NCBI RefSeq assembly: GCF_006345805.1
Contig: NC_043007.1
Location: forward strand, 31,868,001-31,932,000
Source of the DNA: Octopus sinensis
Taxonomy: Eukaryota
Length of the DNA stretch: 64,000 bases
Reading direction: 5' to 3'
Part shown: piece by piece, positions 45,801 through 57,800 of the stretch
Layout: each line of letters starts with the position of its first letter
Position numbering within the stretch: the stretch's first letter is position 1
Notes under the pieces: generated by a model
The model's database searches: none
What the model was told of the DNA's origin: nothing
The model's input: only the letters and a program-made list of their open reading frames with translations
Position numbers and translations under genes: made by a program

Positions 45801-48800
45801 GGATGAAATGTGCAAAGTAGGACTATTCCAAGAAAAGACTATCAACACAGCCACTTCAAAATTACAAATTACAAAGTAATTATTTGCCTCTTCTGAACAA
45901 TTTCAATTACAAGATCTTTCATGTGAGAAATATGAAAATTAATGACATAACGAAACAGCCTACCTTTATTGCTAATGCAAGCAGCTAAGTTCTTATCGAT
46001 TGTGGTCACAATTTGACCTCCCATATTACTTATGTTCTGAGTAATCTGTTCTTCTGAAAAATCTAGGTTTCCAACAATAGCAAACTTCAATCCTTTCAAT
46101 GGTTTCGATGGCCTGGCAACAGAAGATAAACAGAAAATTTTGATTTTTGTAGACATTAAAAAAAAATAATTTCATTTTTGTATATATTTAACATTCATTT
46201 TCAATTCTATTACAGATGTCTCTTTAATTTTGACATTTGCAGGAAGTATAAATGTTAGTTAGTTAATTATTTGGCTCAAAAAGTAAAAAGCAAGGCCATG
46301 TAGGGGGACATGGAGTTATGTACAGGGAGGGTGTTCATGCAAAGAGTTCAGGCCACTTGTGGTCAAGTGAGACTTTGAACCGAGCGGTCGTCGGCATCTT
46401 CACTATCTCGTCCGGCAGCATATTCCACGGATCCACAACCCAGACGGAGAAAGCCCTTCTCCTTCGATTGAGATGAAATCGTCGCAGATAGAGCTTTATA
46501 TATAAATGAAATTTTATAACTAGATTCCCTTTTTTGACACTACTCACACAACTTCGAACTGAGTCACTGTAACATCTTCATTGCAACATCCACTTCTTCA
46601 GGCTTTATATAGGTCAGTTAGATTTTCTACAGCCAGATATATTACCTTACTTGAAAACTGAAGGTTGGTGACAGGAAGTGGTTCAGTTCCTTTCGAGTGT
46701 TGGGCCTCATGGAGGCAACGACCAAGATCTTTGGCATATATGAAGACACCTCAAACTAAGTAGAATTGTTGTCATCCATACATAGAGGCTTGTCGTTTAC
46801 AGGTGCCGATGCCACATAAAATACACTTGTGCTGCTGCTGCTGCAAAAACACGTTCATACAAGTGGCAGGTAAAAAGCACCCAGTGCACTCTTAAGTGGT
46901 TGGCATTAGGGAGAGCATCCAGCTGTAGAAACCATGCCACAATAGGCAGTTGGAGTTTAGACAGCTCCTGTCAAACCATCCAACCCATGCCAGCATGGAA
47001 AACAAACGTTAAGCAGTGATGATGATGATGATGCTGTGTGCTTGTGTATGACGGATTTAAGCTTTAAGTTATAACTTTGAAATAGGTAAACAAAAGCCAG
47101 TCTATAATTTACTTTACAAAAAGACATATTTCACATTATTTTACGATTGCTAGAATTTTTTTTTCTGTTACATTTAGAGATGTTGGTTTTATAGATACAA
47201 AGAATTAAATTATAATTTTGTAAAACTGCAAACAAAAATACCCCCCCACACACACACTGCATATACTAAAGAAAGAAGATCAAACAAAAAAAAAAATATC
47301 CAGAGATACTTACAGTCCATCCAGGACATCCACGGAACTTACAGGACCTTCCTTTGAAGATGCAGTTTCAGCAGCAAACACACGATCTCGCTTCTTGTAT
47401 TTATATTTCTTCCTGAAAGAAATAGTTTTCTTTTAAAAAAAATCCAAATGTGAATTTACATTTCTAGGCAAAATCACAGCTGTATGGTTAAGATGCTCGT
47501 TTTGCAACCAAACGGTTTTAAGGTTCAGTCCCACTACATGGCACCTTAGGCAAGTATTTTCTACTAAAGACCCAGACCAACCAAATGCTTTGCAAGTGAA
47601 TTTAATTTGGTAGAGGGAAACTGCATATGTATGTGTGTGTATTCCCTGTCCATCTTTGTATCATCTCTCTGTCCGAATGCTTTATCGTCATCTGTTGTGT
47701 TCTTGTTCCATTTTTTTTATTTATATATATATATAGCAGCGTATGTACACTCTTGCCTACCTTATGTGAGTATGTGTGTGTGTGTGTATGATGTATATAT
47801 ATATACACCACAACACACACACACACACACAGGTGTCTCTGTGGTGACTTGTACTACTATAAATAGCAGCCAAATCTCTCTTAAAACACACCTTTTTATC
47901 AAAAGATGGAAGATTTACAGTATTTCAAAAGGAATAGAAAAAACTATGCAACGGGTATGCTACATCAGAGGCAACTTTGGGCTAAACAAAACACAGACAA
48001 ACACATACTTCACATTAAAAGATTACCTCTAAATAATACCAATAAAGTTGACAGTATCTCTTCAAAATTTCATTCCCTGGTATTTTAAACATTTTCTCAC
48101 TGAGCTCTGAGACATAAAAAATTAACCGAGTTGCCTCCCTTAGCTAAAGGCCTCAGAATTGTGCAACCCAACCTCATTTTTTAGTGGTGCATTTTTAATA
48201 GACCCCAAAAAGATGGAAGGCAAAGTCCACTTCAGCAGGATCCATACACAGAATTCAAAGCCAAAAGAAATGATGCTAAGCATTTTGTCTGGCACTATAA
48301 CAATTCTGCTTGCTCACTACTTTTTATACTAAATAATAATAATAATAATAATGAAAATGATGATGATGAAGATGAGGATTTCAAAGTTTGGCACGAGGCC
48401 AGGAATTTCGAGGAAGGAGGTAAGTTGATTGCATTGACCCCCCCAACGCTCAACTGGTATTTATTTTATCAACCCCAAAAGGATGAGAAGCAAAGTCAAC
48501 CATGGCAGTATTTGAACGCAAAAGGAGATGGCAATTTTGAGAAGGACTGAGGGAGCAATGGTGAGAGAAATGTGTAGGGTGAAGCTGTTTGATAAGAGGA
48601 GGACTGAGGACTTGAAGGGAATTCTGGGGTTGGAGGAATCGATGGAATGGTTGGCAAGGGCGGATGGAGTGAGGTGGTATGGGCGTGTGTGGAGGACAGA
48701 TGAAGAGCATGTTCTGAAGAGGGTGATTGTATTTGAGGTAAATGGAGGGCAAAAGCAAAGTAGAACGGAGAAAAGGTGGAGGCAGAGATTGGGAGGGTTG

Positions 48801-51800
48801 GTTTGAAAAAGGAGGACACCTAAAGTTGGGTGAGATGGTGTGAGGACGGTTGCTATGGCATTGAGGCAGATCTGGCCAACCCCATTAATGGGGACAAAAA
48901 CCCGGATTTAAAACACTTTATGATGATGATGATGATTGTAAAGACTAATGAAATGCCACTCAACATTTTGCCTGACATGCTAACGATTCAGACAGCTCAC
49001 CACCTTAATAATAATAATAATAATAATAATAATGAAAATGATGATGATGAAGATGAGGATTTCAAAGTTTGGCACGAGGCCAGGAATTTCGAGGAAGGAG
49101 GTAAGTTGATTGCATTGACCCCCCCAACGCTCAACTGGTATTTATTTTATCAACCCCAAAAGGATGAGAAGCAAAGTCAACCATGGCAGTATTTGAACGC
49201 AAAAGGAGATGGCAATTTTGAGAAGGACTGAGGGAGCAATGGTGAGAGAAATGTGTAGGGTGAAGCTGTTTGATAAGAGGAGGACTGAGGACTTGAAGGG
49301 AATTCTGGGGTTGGAGGAATCGATGGAATGGTTGGCAAGGGCGGATGGAGTGAGGTGGTATGGGCGTGTGTGGAGGACAGATGAAGAGCATGTTCTGAAG
49401 AGGGTGATTGTATTTGAGGTAAATGGAGGGCAAAAGCAAAGTAGAACGGAGAAAAGGTGGAGGCAGAGATTGGGAGGGTTGGTTTGAAAAAGGAGGACAC
49501 CTAAAGTTGGGTGAGATGGTGTGAGGACGGTTGCTATGGCATTGAGGCAGATCTGGCCAACCCCATTAATGGGGACAAAAACCCGGATTTAAAACACTTT
49601 ATGATGATGATGATGATTGTAAAGACTAATGAAATGCCACTCAACATTTTGCCTGACATGCTAACGATTCAGACAGCTCACCACCTTAATAATAATAATA
49701 ATAATAATAACAAGCTTATTGTATACAGTGCTCAGGTGCACTACAACACGCATTTAGAAAAGACTGCAAAAGTAGTTACTAATTCCAACTTAGTACACAA
49801 AGAAATACTTAGCTATGCTTCTTAGTACAATACTAGTCACATACTCGCATAATTACAAATTTGTTAAATAACTGATTGAGCATACAATTCTGGTCTAAAA
49901 TACTCCAGATATGACCAAAAAGAAAGCAAAAAGGAATTAATTATAAACAAAACAGAACATAACAAAAACCAACTTACAAGACATCTGCATCATGATACTC
50001 CGATGGAATCTTGAATGCTTTACGTTTAGGTGTGCGTGTGACATAGAAACATTTCGTCCAACTTGTTATGTTTCCTGTACACCGGTAACCATCACTCCTA
50101 AAAGGGAAAAACAAAAGAATAAGGCTTAGGTTTTTTTTTGAAAGTTTATTTTTTTATTTCTCTTTTATACTCAGTAAATCTGAGCAGATAAGGCCGCCTC
50201 CCTAAGGTTTGAATTAATGCAGATTAACAAGTAAATGGAGATCCTTTCTATATAATCTTATTACTATAATGTCAACTTCCCTGTGTCTACATGGAGGTAC
50301 ATGGCTTAGCAGTTAGGGTGCTGGACTCACAACCATAAGATCGGGGTTTCAATTTGATAGTTTAAAAGTTTCAAATTAAGTTTTTAAAGCATCTTACGAT
50401 CGTTTCACAGAAGTGCTGTCCCTATAATGGAATCCTATATTGATAAGCATTTATAGACAACTCTTCTGCTCTTCAAGGATATAAAATGTGAAATTTGTAT
50501 AATTTATCGAATGGTAGTTTTTTTAAAAGTATGAAGTAATATGGGAAAATGGTGTTTGTTTGAAATATAAGTTAAGAATTAAAAATTACTGCTTTTGATT
50601 TTAGTATGAGTCTTTAAATCGATATATGCTTCCTTGGTAAGTCTTCTGTAGTAATCCATAATAGTTATGTGTAAAATCCATTATATTGTCTTGTATTCCA
50701 AATAGAGTTCATAGACTTAGATAATATAGAATAATGGAATCCTATATTGATAAGCATTTATAAATAATTCTTCTGCTCTTCAGTAATATCAAATGTGAAA
50801 TTTGTATAATTTAACGAATGGTAGTTTTTTTTAAAACTATGAAATTAAATGGGGAAATGGTGTTTGAAATATAAATTAAAAAGAGATAACTGAATGATTG
50901 TCCACAAATTTCCTCAAGCTTATTGAAGTTAACAATGAAAATTTTTCCGCTTATTTTAACATTAGCCTCTTGTGAATTAATGTGGAAACTGCCAAGCTTT
51001 TTTAAAATCATCCATATGAAAATTTTACATGTACAGATAAAAAAATATACGTTGAAAAAAAAAAATTTTAAGTATTAAAACTGGAACCAGTTAATCATAC
51101 TTGAATGTAAGTTTTCCTTCGGGACACTCCGGGCATTTTGCGAGGGCACCAAACGCCATACAGTCAGAAACAGAATCTAATAACTGAAGAAGAAGGGTCA
51201 AATTAAGATACTTTATTTCAAAGTAAAACTTTAAAATGATTACAGTACAAAGCATAAATGCATCCATCATACAGCTATTTAAGTTTTACCATTAAATTAA
51301 CCCATTGCCACTCCAAAGCATTTTCATAAGTTTGTCCTAAATGTCAATGTTTGTCTTGAGACTTTTAGTTTTTGGTTGATACATTCTTAGTAATATACAG
51401 TCAAGGCCAAAAGTTTGGAACAGTTTTTTTTTAATTTAAAATCATTATGCCTAAGTACAATTCAATTGAAATATATATTTGGGCACTTAATATAAAATTT
51501 CTTATTTTCAGACCCATGTTCCAAACTTTTGGCCACAACTGTAAAGCTTTTCTTTCATAAGTTCCAAGTTACTCTGGTGGATGAACAAAGATTTGGAATG
51601 TGTAATATATATGATGCATGGACACCAGAGAGCCATATCCTTGTATATCATGGCAAAGGGTTAAACACCAGATGAAAGCATACTTTAAACAGTTATTCCA
51701 AGAGAAAATAAAAACATTAAGAAAATTATGACAAAGCTATATTAAATTTTAGGGCCCTAAATTATTACAAGATTATGTAATGCTTCACTGTCTTGAGAAA

Positions 51801-54800
51801 AGGATTTAAACCAGCATATCTGGCCCAAATCTTCTCAAACCTACTTCATAATGTCATTCTAAAAATAAAACAATCGCATCATCAAAATCTCAAAGCTACG
51901 AGATAATCCTGTGATTAATTCAAGACAATGTGAATGAATGAACATTACATTTGACAAAGTAATCTGAAAGCCAAAGAGTTAAAGGAAGGAACTGTAAATG
52001 TGAAAAGGAACACTCACCTTACTCTCACCTGAGGGTATTGCCTGTTCGTTTAACTCCAACAAAACTTTCAGAGCTTCAACAGAGATTTCTTTCTCTAATT
52101 TATCCCGGAAGCCCCACAATAGTTTGTTTTGTACCTTGATGAGAACATAAAAATCATTAGTGACTGCTTCAATTAAATATTGTTTATTTCAAATATACAA
52201 TCTAACCAACTGCAAACATATGGAGATTAGTGAAATAATTAACTTCAATAATTAACAAAGTTTAACCCACTGACATTAAATATTCTCTATCGTGTAATAA
52301 TAATCCCTTCTGCTGTAGGCACAAGACTTGAAATTTTGAGGGAGTCAATTACCAGGGAGCCCCAGTGCTCAACTGGTATTTATTTTATCAACTCCAGAAA
52401 GATGAAAGGCAAAGCCAACTTTGGTGGGATTTGAACTCAAAACTAATGATTCTGCCAGCTTGCTGCATAATATCTATCATGTAACAATGAATTTTCTGTT
52501 GCAGTTTCAATTTATATTTGAATATCCAAATAGACGCAGCCTAAGGCGGTTGATGTTGAAAGGGTTAAACGTGTTACTGGCTAGCACTTAATACATTGCA
52601 CTATTAACAAAACTACTGAATTTAATGGCAAAATTTTTTTTAAATAACCTTGGGTCTTATATGCATTAATGCATTAAAAACATCATCATTTAACGTTTAT
52701 TTTCCATGCTGGCATGGGTTGGATGACTTGACAGAAGATAACCAGCTGAAGGGCTGATTCAAGGCTCCATGTCTGTTTTGGCGTGGTTTCTATGGCTGGA
52801 GGCCTTTGCCTTGCTAGAAGTAGAGTGCATCTAATATGCCTGTGCATCTTTATGCCATCAAGTACAGTAATTAATAAATAGAACGCAACCAAAGGGTTTC
52901 TTCAGAAAAGGAGATACATCGTAAACATGACAGAAAACTAAAGTAATATAAACATGTAAGGCGGCGAGCTGGCAGAAACGTTAGCACGCCAGGTGTAATG
53001 CTTAGCAGTATTTCGTCTGTCTTTACGTTCTGAGTTCAAATTCCGCCAAGGTCAACTTTGCCTTTCATCCTTTCAGGGTCGATGTAATCGACTTAATTCG
53101 TTTGTCAGTCCTTGTTTGTCACCTCTATGTTTAGCCCTTTGTGGGTAGTAAAGAAATAGGTATTTCGTCTGTTTTTACGTTCTGAGTTCAAATACCACCA
53201 AGGTCAACTTTGCCTTCCATCCTTTCAGAGTCGATAAATTAAGTACCAGTTGCATACTGGGGTCGATCTAATCAACTGGTCCCCTCCCCCAAAATTTCGA
53301 GCCTTGTGCCTAGAGAAGGAAAGAACATAAATATATAATAATTCTAAGCAATAGAACAATTACGATGGACTTGAACGACAATTAACAAAAGACAAGACAT
53401 TCAGCAGAACAAACAAATGCAACCAACTTTCATTTGTTTCTCTTCTTCTGTTTCTTTTTTGGGTTTTTTGGCTTCTGCTTTAGATTTGTCATCTTCCTTT
53501 CTCTTCCGGCTACAAATTAAAATTATGGATGACTAATTAAATTATTTCAAATACTTATACTTGTCTGGCAAAATTTCTTTAAAAAATTTCATGATTTTTT
53601 TGTGGGTTTTTTTTTCTGTAATTAAAATTTTAACTGAATGTCAAAGCATCTAATGTATTTATTTTCACATTTCTGCAAACATGGATGGTAACAGCTTCAT
53701 GCAAGCATCAAAAACAATATGTAGACCAGTGCTTCTCAAACTATCTGATGTGGCGTACTGGCAGTTTTTTTTTTCCCAAAATGCCAGGGACTGGTAATAT
53801 TTCTTAGTAATATTATTTTATACTGGAAACAATATATATAATGGGCACACAAAAAGCACCATTTGAGTGTGATCGTTACCAGCGTCACCTTACTGGCACC
53901 TGAACAAAACATTCAAGTGAGGTCGTTGCCAGTGCCACTGGACTGACTCCTGTGCAGGTGGCACGTAAAAAACACCATCTGAGCGTGGCAGTTGCCAGTA
54001 CCGCCTGACTAGCCCTCGTGCCAGTGGCACATAAAAGCACCCATTACACTCTCAGAGTGGTTGGCACTAGGAAGGGCATCCAGCTGTAGTCCTCAGTCAA
54101 ATCGTCCAACCCATGCTAGCATGGGAAGCGGACGTTAAATGATGATGATGATGAATATAATAAAAGTTGACAATTTTTTTTAACTTGTATTTATTTTGTA
54201 AACAAATACAATATTTTGTAAGAATTTTATATTTCTTTCTTTTCTGGAAACTCACCACGTACTGGCAGCTGATGGCTCACGGACCGATGCCGGTCCGTGG
54301 ACCACCACTTTGAGTAGCACTGACGTAGACTATTCTCAGGAGCAGCTTAGGACAGGGAAAACAAAAACAGAACAGAAAACCAACAATGTCTGTGAAGAAC
54401 CTTACCTACTGGTGCTGCTCCCTTTGCCCAATTTCTCCACCAATTCCTTCTGATCTTCCTTTTTCAGAGTTTTGTAACCAACAATGCTGAAAATAAGAAG
54501 GGGACACATTAGAGTTTAGTCAAGAAAACACCTTTTATTATCTGTCATTGGACTGTGGCCATGCTACAGCACCACCTTGAAAGATTTAGTCAAACAAATT
54601 GACTTTAAAATTTTATTTCTAAGTCTGGTACTTGTCTTGGAATCTTTTGCCAAACTAAGTTATAGGAATGTAAACAAACCAACACCAGTTGTCAAACGGT
54701 GGTGTCCACTTTTCCAGGCTTGCATGGGCCAGACATATGACTAGGTTCTTTCAGTTTCCGTCTACCAAAATCCACTCAACAGACATGGGTAGGCCTGGGG

Positions 54801-57800
54801 CTAGAGTAAAAGACACCTGCCCAAGTCGCCACACAGTGGGACAGAACCAGAAACCATGCAGTTGGGAAGCAAACTTCTTACCACGCAACCATGCCTGCCT
54901 TGATGTCGATGTTAAAACAGATGGAAAGATGAATAGTTCTAAATATTCGTTAGATATTCAGAGTAACAAATCCACAAAAGTATGGAATCAGACACCATGG
55001 CTCCTCTTCTACATACTCCATCTTGTAACTCACACTGACAAGCCATTCCACTTAACATTACTGAGCTTTATTATTACCTCCACCTTAGCAAAGGCAGAGG
55101 TATTGTTTTCAGTCATGTTTGTTTGTTTGTTTGTTTGTCCGTGGACAAGATATCTCAAGAACCACTGGATGGATTCAGATGAAACTTTCAGGGATATTTG
55201 GTCTCATGACTGGTACAAACTGATTACATTTTGGGATCAATTGGGTACTGCACAAGGATTCTGGATTATTTTTCCAGTTTTTATTTAATTTTTGAGAGCA
55301 GTCGGGTTCATTTTTAGTATTCTCATTTATGAGAGCAGTTGAGTTTATTTCAGATATTTTCATTTTAAAAATCATCTCCAGCTAATCATTGAGAGGATGT
55401 TGGTGTTGCCTTGGTGGAGGTTTGCGCTGACTGCTCTTGTTGACTTTGATATAAGGTGGGAAGTTGGCAGAATTGTTAGCACATCAGACAAAACGCATGG
55501 AAGCATATCTTCCAGCTCTTTACATCTCGAGTTCAAATTCCACCAAAGTCAATTTTGCTTTTCATCCTCTTGGGGTTGATAAATTATCTCCCTCCTCAAA
55601 AATTCTAAGCCTATAGTAGAAAGGATTATTATCATTATTATTAAAGTGGCAAGCTGGCAGAATCATTAGCATGGCAAACAAAATGCCAAGCAGCAGGTCT
55701 TCCAGTTCTTTACATTCTGAGTTCAAATTCCTCTGAGGGCGACTTTGCCTTTCATTCTTTTGCAGGCAATAAAATAAACTCCAGCTGAACTCTATGACCG
55801 ATGTAGTCGTCTTACCCCCTCCTCTCAAATTTGCTCGCCTAATATCAAAATTTGAAACCATTAATGACTTTATGATTAATACTCACTCATCAACACTCTT
55901 GTCTGCAAATTCCAGTTCATCACGGTTTTTAACAAAACAGTCAACATGGTACCAGGTGTCTTGTGGGCCATACATCTTTGCCCTTTCACTCGTAAAATCT
56001 TTCTTTGATAAGCGTAAAGCATCCTACAAGAACCATAAATTAACGCAAAAGAGGATAATTCAATTTGTTTGCAACAGGTGACTGCAGAGATTTTAACTTA
56101 CAAAAGAAAAAGAAAAAAAAAACTTGAACACACAACTAAAAATATGAAACAGAGTCAATAAGAGAAAGCATTGATGTGGTCACATGACCTGCTAGAAATA
56201 GTAGCTATGGTTTCCTCAAACTACATTTTATTTTAAAAACCAAAAAGGAAGGAAGGACACATTAGCTAATATAGTTACAGATGCATTAGCTGAAAATAAA
56301 CTGGGATGGGCAGAGTTAGAGTGGCTTAAACCTTTATCATTTAAACTAGCCGTACCCAGTCCAAATATTCTACCAGTTTTATGTTGCAACTAACCAGAGC
56401 TAAGCTCTCACACCTGCTCTGAGATGTTATTCCATAATGGTGATGGATTAACAGAATCATAGCAGGGCTGGCCATGTGATTTGGATGCCGGGTAACTGGT
56501 GCACAAAGATGGCCCTCTTCAGTAAGATCAAGACTGAAAATAGGCCTCATGGAAAACTTTATCGCGATCATCTCAAGCAGTCTCTCATTTTAGGTGGTGT
56601 CCCTCTCAAACATTTAGAGCCCCTGGACGTTAATCGGAATGCATAGGGGGTCCGTGTGTGATGTTGAAGTAGAGTGCTTTGAAACCAAACGCAGCAGACT
56701 GCATGAAGAGAGGAGACGTGGTCATCAACCCTCTGTGGATGTTGTTAAACCCTTTAGCATTCAAACCGGCCAAAATATTTAACTTGTTTCATATTGAAAC
56801 TGACCAGATCTCGCCTCTCACCTCAGCCCTACAATGTCATTCTAAAACTAAAAAAATCACATCACTGAAATCTCTATACTACAAGATAATGCAGGATTAA
56901 TTCAAACCATTTTAAATAAACAAACATCACATTTGACAGAATAATCTGAACACTAAGGGGTTAACCCTTTCATTACTGTATTTATTTTGAGATGCTCTGT
57001 GTTTCTTTTAATTACTTTAAATACAACAAAGAATTTAGTAAACTAACTTAGTTATCATTAAGCTATTGTTAGGAACATAAATTGTGACTAAGGTTTGGTG
57101 GAAGATTTTAATTCAAAACTTATGAAAACAAGACGTTTGTACTACAGAGTCAGAGATGGTTTCTGCCGGGTTGGTAACGAAAGGGTTAAGGTCACTTTGA
57201 GTGCCCTCCTGCCAAAGGATTTGCCCATCTCATATCAGTCTTGTCAGCTACATCTGCTCCTACGAGAAACAATGTTCTGGAGGGGGAGGAAGAGCAATGT
57301 CATGGATCGATACAGCCATCCCTTTTGATGCAAGCAGTATTTGATTCTGCTGTTCAAAAATACCAAACATTTATCCCAAAGACTTTATTTTTTCAATGTA
57401 AACCAAATTATTTACTTTATCGATTTTCTCTTCACAGCCTCGACACTTGCTCCGGTTTGATTTTGCATACTCGGCTTTGAAATCACTAACAGCAGGTCCG
57501 GAGCCACCAGCCGCAGCACTTTTCTCGTTAATTCCACCACTCCCACCTGCAAGAAAGAGAAAGAAATTAGCAAGAAGACATTATTTTATACTTATAATCA
57601 ACATCTAGGCGTAGGAGTGGCTGTGTGGTAAGTAGCTTGCTTGCCAACCACATGGTTCCGGGTTCAGTCCCACTGCGTGGCACCTTGGGCAAGTGTCTTC
57701 TACTATAGCCTCGGGCCGACCAAAGCCTTGTGAGTGGATTTGGTAGACGGAGGCTGAAAGAAGCCCATCGTATATATGTATATATATATATATATATATA

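Noticed and set aside
48450-49825. Paired 92-133 aa ORFs suggesting a duplicated gene
   Set aside because: They are frames over a SINE/LINE composite and microsatellites within the 681-bp duplication.
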